DNA of 31,393 bases from a virus (taxonomy: Duplodnaviria; Heunggongvirae; Uroviricota; Caudoviricetes), in the IMG/VR virus record IMGVR_UViG_2778261541_000008, positions 1 through 31,393 of that record. One strand, written 5' to 3'. Position numbers and translations under genes: made by a program. Position 1 is the stretch's first letter. Each line of letters starts with the position of its first letter. Positions 9,414-18,360 of the stretch are shown in pieces. The notes under the pieces are model-generated. The model worked only from the letters and a program-made list of their open reading frames with translations, made no database searches and had not been told where the DNA came from.

Positions 9414-11141
9414 TTGTGTTTAAGGAAGAGTAAATTGAGTAACTTACGCGAATACCAGAATCGTATTGCAGATATCGCAAAACGCTCTAAAGCTGTGCTT
9501 GGCTGGGCAAGCACTGCGCAGTTCGGTACTGATAACCAATTCATTAAAGATGATTCCGCGCGTGCCGCATCTATCCTTGAAGCTGCACGTAAAGACCCGG
9601 TTTTTGCGGGTATCTCTGATAATGCCACCGCTCAAATCGCTACAGCGTGGGCAAGTGCACTGGCTGACTACGCCGCAGCACATAAATCTATGCCGCGTCC
9701 GGAAATTCTGGCCTCCTGCCACCAGACGCTGGAAAACTGCCTGATTGAGTCCACCCGCAATAGCATGGATGCCACTAATAAAGCGATGCTGGAATCCGTC
9801 GCAGCAGAGATGATGAGCGTTTCTGACGGTGTTATGCGTCTGCCTTTATTCCTCGCGATGATCCTGCCTGTTCAGTTGGGGGCAGCTACCGCTGATGCGT
9901 GTACCTTCATTCCGGTTACGCGTGACCAGTCCGACATCTATGAAGTCTTTAACGTGGCAGGTTCCTCTTTTGGTTCTTATGCTGCTGGTGATGTTCTGGA
10001 CATGCAATCCGTCGGTGTGTACAGCCAGTTACGTCGCCGCTATGTGCTGGTGGCAAGCTCCGATGGCACCAGCAAAACCGCAACCTTCAAGATGGAAGAC
10101 TTCGAAGGCCAGAATGTACCAATCCGAAAAGGTCGTACTAACATCTACGTTAACCGTATTAAGTCTGTTGTTGATAACGGTTCCGGCAGCCTACTTCACT
10201 CGTTTACTAATGCTGCTGGTGAGCAAATCACTGTTACCTGCTCTCTGAACTACAACATTGGTCAGATTGCCCTGTCGTTCTCCAAAGCGCCGGATAAAGG
10301 CACTGAGATCGCAATTGAGACGGAAATCAATATTGAAGCCGCTCCTGAGCTGATCCCGCTGATCAACCACGAAATGAAGAAATACACCCTGTTCCCAAGC
10401 CAGTTCGTTATCGCGGCTGAGCACACGGTACAGGCGGCGTATGAAGCACAGCGTGAATTTGGTCTGGACCTGGGTTCCCTACAGTTCCGCACCCTGAAAG
10501 AATACCTGTCCCATGAACAGGATATGTTGCGTCTCCGCATCATGATCTGGCGTACTCTTGCGACCGACACCTTTGACATCGCTCTGCCGGTTAACCAGTC
10601 CTTTGATGTATGGGCAACCATCATTCGTGGCAAATTCCAGACTGTATATCGCGACATTATTGAGCGCGTTAAATCTTCTGGTGCGATGGGGATGTTTGCT
10701 GGTGCTGATGCAGCATCTTTCTTCAAACAGTTGCCGAAGGATTTCTTCCAGCCAGCCGAAGACTATATCCAGACTCCGTATGTTCACTACATCGGTACCC
10801 TGTTCGGTAACGTGAAAGTGTACGAAGTACCTGCTGGTATTTGTAAGAACTTAACGACAGAGAACATTCAGTTCAGCTCGATGGATGTGCTGTGCTACGT
10901 CCGTGATGAAAATCCGGGTAAAGCAGGCTTCGTGACTGGTGATGCTGTCCCGGCCATCCCGTTCCAGCATCCGACCACTCCGGCGCTGGTCAACCGTACC
11001 ACGCTGTGGGGTTCGGCTATCAACGATATGCACCCACGCAACGGCGCTGATTACTTCACTCGTGTAACGCTGACAATGGCCAAAAAAGGCGGGCTTAACT
11101 TCATTAGCGGCGACACGATTGATGCCGGTGACTCTGAGTAA
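9414..11141 (+). CDS. Putative major head (capsid) protein precursor (P1 gene 23 position)
   Basis: 575-aa ORF immediately after parS, as gene 23 is in P1; helical N-terminal region then a large beta-rich body; followed by a GC-rich hairpin. The true start may be the TTG at 9435, 6 nt after AAGGAAG, rather than the TTG at 9414. Confidence 0.55.
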   Translation: MCLRKSKLSNLREYQNRIADIAKRSKAVLGWASTAQFGTDNQFIKDDSARAASILEAARKDPVFAGISDNATAQIATAWASALADYAAAHKSMPRPEILASCHQTLENCLIESTRNSMDATNKAMLESVAAEMMSVSDGVMRLPLFLAMILPVQLGAATADACTFIPVTRDQSDIYEVFNVAGSSFGSYAAGDVLDMQSVGVYSQLRRRYVLVASSDGTSKTATFKMEDFEGQNVPIRKGRTNIYVNRIKSVVDNGSGSLLHSFTNAAGEQITVTCSLNYNIGQIALSFSKAPDKGTEIAIETEINIEAAPELIPLINHEMKKYTLFPSQFVIAAEHTVQAAYEAQREFGLDLGSLQFRTLKEYLSHEQDMLRLRIMIWRTLATDTFDIALPVNQSFDVWATIIRGKFQTVYRDIIERVKSSGAMGMFAGADAASFFKQLPKDFFQPAEDYIQTPYVHYIGTLFGNVKVYEVPAGICKNLTTENIQFSSMDVLCYVRDENPGKAGFVTGDAVPAIPFQHPTTPALVNRTTLWGSAINDMHPRNGADYFTRVTLTMAKKGGLNFISGDTIDAGDSE

Positions 11142-11167
11142 TCAGGGGAAGTTCTCCGTTTAACATA

Positions 11168-11186
11168 GCGCCCCCGTGCGGGGCGC
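11168..11186 (+). terminator. GC-rich stem-loop after the head gene (partial terminator or mRNA stabiliser)
   Basis: gcgcccc-cgtgc-ggggcgc, a 7-bp G/C stem with no clear U-tract, 27 nt after the head-gene stop. Confidence 0.35.
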
Positions 11187-11201
11187 ATAACAGGGAAAGT
11201 T

Positions 11202-12674
11202 ATGTCTCAATATTCAATTCAACAGTCATTAGGTAATGCATCTGGCGTCGCGGTTAGCCCGATCAATGCCGATGCGACGTTATCTACCGGTGTTGCATTA
11301 AATAGCAGCTTGTGGGCTGGTATTGGCGTATTTGCGCGTGGCAAGCCGTTTACTGTTCTTGCGGTTACTGAGTCCAATTACGAAGATGTTCTCGGCGAAC
11401 CGCTGAAGCCGTCTTCCGGCTCACAGTTCGAACCAATTCGCCATGTGTACGAAGCTATTCAGCAAACGTCTGGTTATGTTGTCCGTGCTGTTCCGGATGA
11501 TGCGAAGTTCCCGATTATTATGTTCGATGAATCAGGCGAACCGGCTTACAGTGCGTTGCCATACGGTTCTGAAATTGAACTTGATAGCGGCGAAGCCTTT
11601 GCTATCTACGTTGATGATGGTGATCCGTGTATTTCACCTACTCGTGAGTTAACCATCGAAACGGCAACAGCGGACAGCGCGGGTAATGAACGCTTCCTCT
11701 TAAAACTGACCCAGACGACTTCGCTCGGTGTGGTAACGACCCTGGAGACACACACTGTGTCTTTGGCGGAAGAAGCGAAAGATGACATGGGCCGCTTGTG
11801 TTATCTGCCTACGGCTCTGGAAGCCCGTTCTAAATATCTGCGTGCGGTTAAAGTGCTGAATAATGCGCCGTACATGTACACCGCTGTTCTTGGCTTGGGC
11901 TGCTATGACAATGCGGCTATCACCGCATTAGGTAAAATCTGTGCAGATCGCCTGATTGATGGCTTCTTTGATGTCAAACCGACATTGACGTACACGGAAG
12001 CGATCTCTGCTGTTGAAGATACCGGTTTACTTGGTACCGATTATGTAAGCTGTGCTGTCTATCACTTCCCGTTCTCCTGCAAAGACAAATGGACCCAATC
12101 CCGTGTGGTCTTCGGTCTGTCTGGCTCGGCGTATGCGGCGAAAGCTCGTGGCGTCAAGAAAAACTCTGATGTCGGCGGTTGGCATTACTCACCGGCTGGT
12201 GAAGAACGTGCCGTCATTGCTCGTGCGTCAATTCAACCGCTGTATCCGGAAGATACCCCGGACGAAGAAGCAATGGTCAAGGGCCGTCTCAATAAAGTAT
12301 CTGTTGGCACCTCTGGCCAGATGATCATCGACGATGCTTTAACTTGCTGCACGCAGGATAACTATCTGCACTTCCAGCACGTCCCATCCCTGATGAATGC
12401 AATCAGCCGTTTCTTTGTCCAGTTAGCCCGACAGATGAAGCATAGCCCGGACGGTATTACTGCAGCTGGCCTGACTAAAGGGATGACCAAACTTTTAGAT
12501 CGCTTTGTCGCCTCCGGCGCTCTGGTGGCTCCTCGTGATCCTGATGCTGACGGTACAGAACCGTATGTGCTGAAAGTTACGCAGGCGGAATTCGATAAAT
12601 GGGAAGTAGTCTGGGCCTGCTGCCCGACTGGCGTAGCCCGTCGTATCCAGGGCGTACCGCTGCTTATTAAGTAA
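11202..12674 (+). CDS. Putative contractile tail sheath protein (P1 gene 22 position)
   Basis: 490-aa ORF with an RBS, directly after the capsid gene and upstream of a tube-like gene; size matches myovirus sheath proteins. Assigned by synteny, not by motif. Confidence 0.45.
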   Translation: MSQYSIQQSLGNASGVAVSPINADATLSTGVALNSSLWAGIGVFARGKPFTVLAVTESNYEDVLGEPLKPSSGSQFEPIRHVYEAIQQTSGYVVRAVPDDAKFPIIMFDESGEPAYSALPYGSEIELDSGEAFAIYVDDGDPCISPTRELTIETATADSAGNERFLLKLTQTTSLGVVTTLETHTVSLAEEAKDDMGRLCYLPTALEARSKYLRAVKVLNNAPYMYTAVLGLGCYDNAAITALGKICADRLIDGFFDVKPTLTYTEAISAVEDTGLLGTDYVSCAVYHFPFSCKDKWTQSRVVFGLSGSAYAAKARGVKKNSDVGGWHYSPAGEERAVIARASIQPLYPEDTPDEEAMVKGRLNKVSVGTSGQMIIDDALTCCTQDNYLHFQHVPSLMNAISRFFVQLARQMKHSPDGITAAGLTKGMTKLLDRFVASGALVAPRDPDADGTEPYVLKVTQAEFDKWEVVWACCPTGVARRIQGVPLLIK

Positions 12675-12683
12675 GGGAATACA

Positions 12684-13499
12684 ATGAGCAAAAACTTTTT
12701 TCAATCCGGGGCATTTTTGGGGAATGGACTGTCCCGTTTCGCTTTGAACTCTGATCCTGTGCAGCTGATGGAGTCTGCCCGAGCAAGCGCCGAACCGCCA
12801 ACAGATCCGGTTATTAATAATAATCCGGAACCGGCGGCACAGACTAACGATAACGTTCCATCTGATCCGGCTCCTGAGCAAATCCTGGAAGAGAAAGACG
12901 GTAAAGAATGGACCGTTGAACAGGCGCACCAGATGATTCTGGAAGCTGCAAATCGAAGTGCGATGCAGAATGCGTTGAGTGATGCGGCCGACGCCGTTTT
13001 CGCCTGGGCTGATAGCGGTGATCTGACTTTCGACTCCCTTGATGGTTTCGTTCAGGCTATCGCTGGTATCTCTGATGACGACGACTCCGAAGTTACAGAA
13101 GAACAGGACGATGCCTATAACGAAGCATGGGCAAATGTTGCTGACTTCCTCGCAGCATGCGGTGTAGATGATGACATGATCGAAGCACTGGCTGACGATG
13201 AAGACGACGACGCTGCTGCTGATGTTGGTGCCTCTATCGCTGGTTTAGATAGCGACGACCGCGACGAACTGGAAGCGGCGTTTGTTGTTGCTGGCACTTC
13301 TGATGAAATGCTGACTGAAGCATTTAAGAAGGTTGTTCGTAACGGTGAGATCAAACTCATCCGTAAACGCCTGCGGAAAAAACGTCTGACTGCGGCTCAA
13401 AAATCGGCGCTGAAAAAAGCGCGTCGAAAAGCCCAGACCGGCGCGGCAAAACTTGCCCGCAAAAAGTCAATGAAACTGCGCCGTAAGCGCCTTGGCTAA
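12684..13499 (+). CDS. Highly acidic protein with a ~50-aa polybasic C-terminal tail (P1 gene 21 position)
   Basis: Asp/Glu-rich body (DDDDSEVTEEQDD, ADDEDDDAAAD) ending in KLIRKRLRKKRLTAAQKSALKKARRKAQTGAAKLARKKSMKLRRKRLG; AAGGGA RBS. Confidence 0.6.
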   Translation: MSKNFFQSGAFLGNGLSRFALNSDPVQLMESARASAEPPTDPVINNNPEPAAQTNDNVPSDPAPEQILEEKDGKEWTVEQAHQMILEAANRSAMQNALSDAADAVFAWADSGDLTFDSLDGFVQAIAGISDDDDSEVTEEQDDAYNEAWANVADFLAACGVDDDMIEALADDEDDDAAADVGASIAGLDSDDRDELEAAFVVAGTSDEMLTEAFKKVVRNGEIKLIRKRLRKKRLTAAQKSALKKARRKAQTGAAKLARKKSMKLRRKRLG

Positions 13500-13534
13500 A
13501 GGAGGAGGCCGGAGAACTCCGGCCTTTAACTTGA

Positions 13535-14116
13535 ATGGCACCTATACCTTATGGGGTTTACAGCCAGGCTGATGGTGTATCGCCATTTCTGAAAGTTACT
13601 TTAACGAACTCTCAGTACCAGGTTACCGGATATATCAGCCAGGGGGCAGCAATGAACATGGCCCAGAATTGGGAAGCGCCGTTTACCGGTATGTCCATGG
13701 GGTCTGTTGCTGGTGCTTTCAGTGGTTTTGCGCAGGTTGGTACTGAAACAACGTCGGTGGCCCGTTGGAACAGCTTAATGGTTTGGGAGGGGGGAACACC
13801 GCCGACTTTCACGCTGCCAGTAACTTTCATCGCTTTGTTTGACCCATTCACGGAGGTTTCAGGAGCTATCGCCGCATTGTCAGCGATGATTAGCCCGGAA
13901 CTTAAAGATGCCAGTATTGGTGGTCGAATCCCGGAGCGTGTGACGCTAAACATTGGTCGCCGGATCAACATCATTGATGTCGCTATCCAGGACATAAGTT
14001 TCGATCTCGATGCACCCAGGGACAGCAATGGGCATTTCCTGAAAAACACCGTCAACCTCCAGTTGACCGGTTCTTCGATATATAACAGCTCCGATATTGT
14101 TCGGGCGTTCCAGTAA
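13535..14116 (+). CDS. Hypothetical tail or morphogenesis protein
   Basis: 193-aa ORF between the acidic protein gene and the tube gene; weak RBS, and a hairpin (13507-13524) lies just upstream. Confidence 0.5.
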   Translation: MAPIPYGVYSQADGVSPFLKVTLTNSQYQVTGYISQGAAMNMAQNWEAPFTGMSMGSVAGAFSGFAQVGTETTSVARWNSLMVWEGGTPPTFTLPVTFIALFDPFTEVSGAIAALSAMISPELKDASIGGRIPERVTLNIGRRINIIDVAIQDISFDLDAPRDSNGHFLKNTVNLQLTGSSIYNSSDIVRAFQ

Positions 14117-14127
14117 AAGGATTTTAT

Positions 14128-14637
14128 ATGGGGCACAATAACACTAAGGGAAACCGTAAATTTATTAAGGGCCGCTATACTGCCAACGCGGCCAAAGGCG
14201 AACGACTGGTATCTTCTGAATTCCAGCTCACTTTTGCAGGCCATGAAGATATCAGCGTACTGGTTCGCACGTCGCAAATTCCTGAAATGACCCGCGAGGA
14301 TGTGGAGGACTATGGTCCGAATGGTGTGAAGTTCAACCAGCACGGTCCAATTCGAAACTCTGGGGAAATCCAGGTCCAGTGCGTGGAGACTATCGAAGGC
14401 GATATTCTTCAGTTCATTAAAGATCGCATTGCGGCGAAGGACTATGTTGATATCACGATGGCTGCGACCCCTGAATCCAAATCTTCCGGGGTTAACGCTG
14501 TGACAAAAGCTGCTACAACAATTGAAATGTTGGACTGCAAAATCTACAGTGATGCAATCGACTTTAGTACCGAAGATGTGACTGCCGCTGTGCGCCCGTC
14601 ACTTCGTATCGTTTACAACTGGATTGAGTGGGATTAA
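14128..14637 (+). CDS. Putative tail tube protein (T4 gp19-like)
   Basis: 169 aa; C-terminal pattern ...RPSLRIVYNWIEWD resembles the C-terminus of myovirus tube proteins (T4 gp19 ends ...TLALDYWE as recalled); followed by a strong terminator. Confidence 0.45.
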   Translation: MGHNNTKGNRKFIKGRYTANAAKGERLVSSEFQLTFAGHEDISVLVRTSQIPEMTREDVEDYGPNGVKFNQHGPIRNSGEIQVQCVETIEGDILQFIKDRIAAKDYVDITMAATPESKSSGVNAVTKAATTIEMLDCKIYSDAIDFSTEDVTAAVRPSLRIVYNWIEWD

Positions 14638-14656
14638 GAGTCATCCCTTGTATTTT

Positions 14657-14680
14657 AAAGCTCCTTCGGGAGCTTTTTTG
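14657..14680 (+). terminator. Rho-independent terminator ending the late head-tail operon
   Basis: aagctcc-ttcg-ggagctt followed by TTTTTT, 20 nt after the tube gene stop. Confidence 0.8.
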
Positions 14681-14720
14681 TGCTTAAATTATGCCGGTAT
14701 AGATAGATTTTGAGCATGTT

Positions 14721-15017
14721 ATGGAAATTGATTTTTCATACTCTCCTGAGACGATAGAAAGAAGATTCGAAATAATTGGATGCATAACTATTTCAGATGA
14801 GCATTATTGGGTTCTCTATGATGCCAATACATGGTTATGTGCCTTAGCAGAATGTCAGCCATCGTTATGTGTAGGGGAGGGGGCTTTTCGACATAAGGTG
14901 CTGGCTACACTTGAAGTGAACACGTTACGATATTGGTGTGTAGAAATACTTAGTGATAACAAAGAATTGCATTTATTATTGCTGAATAAGTGTGCTTCTC
15001 TGCGCAGAAAAGCATGA
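14721..15017 (+). CDS. Hypothetical small Cys-containing protein inside the AT-rich island
   Basis: 98-aa ORF convergent with the two-gene minus-strand operon; weak RBS; low GC. Confidence 0.3.
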   Translation: MEIDFSYSPETIERRFEIIGCITISDEHYWVLYDANTWLCALAECQPSLCVGEGAFRHKVLATLEVNTLRYWCVEILSDNKELHLLLLNKCASLRRKA

Positions 15018-15144
15018 GAAAACCCAACCGCTCTCCAGGAATTATCAGAAGAATATATGCGGAAAGTTATAGCTAGCTATTGAAAAGCTAAAGTAGATCG
15101 GTTAGATTTGCCTTACTCATCTACCATGTGTAGAAAGAGCGATC

Positions 15145-15186
15145 GAACCCGATACATAGCAATATGTGTCGGGTTCAGCTTTTTTA
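15145..15186. terminator. Bidirectional intrinsic terminator between convergent genes
   Basis: Long hairpin gaacccgatacata-gcaa-tatgtgtcgggttc followed by TTTTTT on the plus strand and a U-rich run on the minus strand; overlaps the stop of the 15184..15648 gene. Confidence 0.55.
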
Positions 15187-15648
15187 TGTCCCAAGTGCTC
15201 TTTTTCTGCTTTGTTTGAGTGTTCTGATTTTACTGTCATAGGTTACAACATAGGCTGTTTTGAGAAGCCAATAGTCTCTACGTGCGGATAGCACAACAAC
15301 GTAGTTTTCACACTCATTCCAGATTACCCACTCTTCAGTTGGTCCTCGTCTTTCAGACCAACATGATATATCGCAATGGTTATAATTCCTTATCATATGC
15401 GCGATCCAGCGAATTCGCTTGCACCGTTCAAGATCGGGTATACGTTCTTCTTCTTTTTTTCCCTCTGATACTAAATGCCAAAATCCGAACTCTTTCCCAT
15501 CATATTCCGGTGAATAACGTAATCGAACAGGGAGACCCTTAAACGTTATATTAGAGATTAAAATGTCTTCTCTGACAACATCATATACATCGTCTATATA
15601 CTCTTGCCAACTTCCATTGAAGTACAATAAATCTGGCATTTGAAGCAT
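15184..15648 (-). CDS. Hypothetical protein, second gene of an AT-rich two-gene operon (possible HEPN-like Rx5H motif)
   Basis: ORF 15184..15663; start placed at the ATG at 15648, which overlaps the upstream stop (TGATG). Contains CKRIRWIAHMIRN. GC roughly 30-38%, against about 50% in flanking genes. Confidence 0.5.
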   Translation of the reverse strand: MLQMPDLLYFNGSWQEYIDDVYDVVREDILISNITFKGLPVRLRYSPEYDGKEFGFWHLVSEGKKEEERIPDLERCKRIRWIAHMIRNYNHCDISCWSERRGPTEEWVIWNECENYVVVLSARRDYWLLKTAYVVTYDSKIRTLKQSRKRALGT

Positions 15649-16352
15649 CAGCGAGCCTCCCACACGAAAATATTAAATTTACTTTCTGTTGGAAGAGTGC
15701 TTTTTAGTAACTCCCTGTTTGTATGTGATTTTATCCTGTTTATGACTTGGATTTTTCCCGCGTTGCTATTCATTCCTCGATGAACGTAGCCTAACGCACC
15801 AATGAAAAGATCCGTTAGCTGCAATTGTTGCACTTCATGAGATCGTATATGTTGAATTCTGTTTATCGACTCATGATTGTAATCATAGCGATCATTGTGA
15901 AGAACCCCTCTTAATTTCTCAATTTTTTCAATACCTAAAGTATCTTTTATATCTAGGTAGATATTGTATGTGTTGTTACTTTCTATTATGTTTTTTAAGA
16001 CATAAAAAAACATCTTATAATAGAAAGTATTATGATCTTGATGGAATCGAGCATGGTCCAGTTGCTCTTTATCAGGAACAACAACACCTCTAAAGCGCAA
16101 TGCTGGGTTGCTGAAGAAGTAATCTACGACATCTAAGTAAAATTCAACTTTGGACGCAGATACTTTAGTCCACTTGATTTCGAAATCAGGTTTTAGATTG
16201 TGTTTTAATTTTAATTCCTTGATGTCTCTAGCAATTTTTTTTGTGATAGAGCCAGGACACCAAAGTGCACCCAATACCATGACTTTATTATGATCATTTA
16301 GTAGGTGACAGGATTCATCGCAGAATACATTAAATGTTCTTCGGTTCAACAT
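15648..16352 (-). CDS. Hypothetical protein with N-terminal FCDESCH motif (DUF3800-like?), first gene of the AT-rich operon
   Basis: 234-aa ORF with GGAG-5-ATG; N-terminal NVFCDESCHLL resembles the conserved D-E-S motif I associate with DUF3800-type proteins; very AT-rich coding sequence; own upstream intergenic region of ~170 bp. Confidence 0.55.
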   Translation of the reverse strand: MLNRRTFNVFCDESCHLLNDHNKVMVLGALWCPGSITKKIARDIKELKLKHNLKPDFEIKWTKVSASKVEFYLDVVDYFFSNPALRFRGVVVPDKEQLDHARFHQDHNTFYYKMFFYVLKNIIESNNTYNIYLDIKDTLGIEKIEKLRGVLHNDRYDYNHESINRIQHIRSHEVQQLQLTDLFIGALGYVHRGMNSNAGKIQVINRIKSHTNRELLKSTLPTESKFNIFVWEAR

Positions 16353-16520
16353 GTTAACTCCACTTATTGTTAGGTAGAATTGTCCGTTAGTTGTTTATTA
16401 ATTGCAATAAAGGGACGTCCAGATTTGACAACTATGTCCTCTTACCAGGACACCTATGAGTTTGCCTCATGGCAAACTAGAGGTGTTGAAAGTATGCATG
16501 GTTATAATTAGAGCAATTCA

Positions 16521-17366
16521 TTACCCTCTGAATCCTGCCGGTATACCCCATTGTTCGTTATCTTTATTTTTGGCTAAAACCGCATTAAGAGCTTCGTTTA
16601 CCGTCATGCAATGCGGCAGATTATCGAAGTTTGATACCCCGCCAATATCAGGAGAACGCTTGTTCTTCAGGTAAGCATATTTCCGCGCTGCCGCCTCTAC
16701 CTTCTGCTTGAACTCATGTTTTTGAGCGCGTTTTTTGGATAACCGCAGATTGTCAGCCTTTGCTTTTGCCTCAGCGATCCATGAAGTCAATTTTTTGAGT
16801 CTGGTCGTTCCGGCACCGCCGGAAACTGATCTTTTTGTTTTTTTAACTTGTGACTTCTTATTCTTTATTGCCACGTCATCCTGACAGGGGGAGGGGGTAT
16901 CATTTTGACATGGGGGTGTGGATAAAAAATTAAATAAAGCCAATGTCTTAGCGAGAACAGCTTTAACCTTGGTTGCCGCTGAAGAGATCTTTAATTTGCT
17001 TTCAATCAGCGAATTTTTGGCTTGTTGTGCGAAGGCCAAAAAGGATGGTGTAAACCGGTACAGGTTAGCGCGACGTTCACGGTGATCGCCGATAACAATC
17101 TCTACAGACAGAATTCCTTTGTTTACAGCTTCACGGAATGCACGAACGACGGTTGATTGGCTATAACCAGTTTCTGCCGCGATCAGGCGGTGAGGCTTGT
17201 GAATGAAGTATTCACTGGTTGTTGCCGCGAGATTTGCACATTGCGACAGGATATGCCCGGCGCTACGGGATAGACCGGAGTGTGTTACAACGCAGGCCAA
17301 TTCATAGCCAGAAAAAGTAAAATCGCTCATCGTTATACAGCTCAGGAAAGTGACTTTAGCCAGCAT
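16521..17366 (-). CDS. repL: Lytic replication initiator RepL
   Basis: 281 aa, equal to P1 RepL as recalled; lies immediately downstream of kilA in the same operon under a C1 operator; N-terminal HTH-like region, C-terminal basic region. Confidence 0.7.
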   Translation of the reverse strand: MLAKVTFLSCITMSDFTFSGYELACVVTHSGLSRSAGHILSQCANLAATTSEYFIHKPHRLIAAETGYSQSTVVRAFREAVNKGILSVEIVIGDHRERRANLYRFTPSFLAFAQQAKNSLIESKLKISSAATKVKAVLAKTLALFNFLSTPPCQNDTPSPCQDDVAIKNKKSQVKKTKRSVSGGAGTTRLKKLTSWIAEAKAKADNLRLSKKRAQKHEFKQKVEAAARKYAYLKNKRSPDIGGVSNFDNLPHCMTVNEALNAVLAKNKDNEQWGIPAGFRG

Positions 17367-17377
17367 TACAATGCTGG
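17360..17377 (-). promoter_or_regulatory. Perfect palindrome CCAGCATT-ac-AATGCTGG enclosing the repL start codon
   Basis: 8-bp arms; on the mRNA the repL AUG lies inside the 3' arm, 29 nt after the kilA stop. Confidence 0.4.
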
Positions 17378-17395
17378 TGGTTCTTACTACGTCTG

Positions 17396-18196
17396 TTAGC
17401 GCGTTGCCGCGACAGGTACCAGCACACCAGCATCAAGCAATCGCTTCATCAGCCACTGCTGACCTTTGCCGGTTATACGAGTCGTGAAAGAAATCCTGCT
17501 TCCATTGCTTGTATCGATCACGGTTTCTTTAAGGGTGAAATACCCACGGGATATGTATTCTTGTTTGGGGACGTTCCTGCGTTCACCGGTTGCGATCAGA
17601 ATTCCGTTATCACGCAACCAGGTGAAGAGATAGTTTTGGCCCAGGCCGAGCACTTTGGCATAGTTGCCGATTAGAACCCCGCTGGCGGTAGCAACGCGTT
17701 CGGCGAATTCGACTTTAGGTGCATCCATCAGCATTTTTTGCTCCAGCCGTTGCTTTTGCTCTGCCAGGTCAGCAGCCAAACGGAGAGCTTCTGGGTGGCT
17801 CTTCGGAATAGCAGGTTGTAATCTTCCGGCTCGATAGTCGATAAATGTCTGGTTTACCTTCAGCCGAAACGCGGGAGAAATCCAGCCTGCGTACTCCACT
17901 GCGAGCAATTCATGGGCAAAAGTGCCGCCGCCACGGCCTTCGAACGAAACTATGCAATTCTGCATAGTTTCTTTTTCAAGCTCTTCGATGAGCTGTTTGG
18001 CTGACAGCGTTCTTAGCCATTGAGCTGGCGCTTTATGGGCACCGAGTCCGCTCGCTCTGTGTAGAGCATTAAGGTTGTAACGGCCAGCGCGGTCGGTCGT
18101 AATTTCAACACCACAAATAACAGGCAGAGTGGTTGAAGGATCGACATTTTGATGAAGGTTTGATATATTCATATCCGCATTGAATGTTTGTTGCAT
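17396..18196 (-). CDS. kilA: KilA (KilA-N domain protein with KilA-C/antirepressor-type C-terminal domain)
   Basis: 266 aa, equal to P1 KilA as recalled; GGAG-4-ATG start. The C-terminal 130 aa are clearly homologous to the C-terminus of the adjacent Ant (PEALRLAADLAEQK..., GKGQQWL...LLDAG). Confidence 0.7.
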   Translation of the reverse strand: MQQTFNADMNISNLHQNVDPSTTLPVICGVEITTDRAGRYNLNALHRASGLGAHKAPAQWLRTLSAKQLIEELEKETMQNCIVSFEGRGGGTFAHELLAVEYAGWISPAFRLKVNQTFIDYRAGRLQPAIPKSHPEALRLAADLAEQKQRLEQKMLMDAPKVEFAERVATASGVLIGNYAKVLGLGQNYLFTWLRDNGILIATGERRNVPKQEYISRGYFTLKETVIDTSNGSRISFTTRITGKGQQWLMKRLLDAGVLVPVAATR

Positions 18197-18265
18197 TTTT
18201 TCTCCAAATTTGCATCAACCTTCAATCACCAGCTCGAAATGGTGATTCTTTGCACTTAGAAAACG

Positions 18266-18282
18266 AAATTTATTAGAGCAAA
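18266..18282 (-). promoter_or_regulatory. C1-type operator upstream of kilA-repL (Op53 equivalent)
   Basis: aaatttattagagcaaa, 16/17 to the reverse complement of ATTGCTCTAATAAATTT, about 70 bp upstream of the kilA start. Confidence 0.65.
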
Positions 18283-18325
18283 TTTTTCTGACTCGATCCA
18301 GATCGGGTTGGACGATCTGCTCAGA

Positions 18326-18358
18326 AACCTGCCAGTTTGCTGGCAGGTTTTTTTCTTT
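18326..18358. terminator. Intrinsic terminator between ant and kilA
   Basis: aacctgccag-tttg-ctggcaggtt followed by TTTTTTTCTTTT on the plus strand; A-run on the other side, so it may act in both directions. Confidence 0.6.
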
Positions 18359-18360
18359 TG

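Noticed and set aside
13507-13524. Hairpin ggccggag-aa-ctccggcc after the acidic-protein gene as a strong terminator
   Set aside because: It is followed by only three T residues and sits inside a tightly packed operon; more likely an attenuating or mRNA-processing stem than a full terminator, so it is not listed as a feature.
16459-16517. Palindrome agtttgcc-tcat-ggcaaact and adjacent attagagcaat core as a definite operator pair for the AT-rich operon
   Set aside because: The operator-like match is only 12/17 and the palindrome has no known cognate protein; it is mentioned as a hypothesis in the findings but not annotated as a feature.
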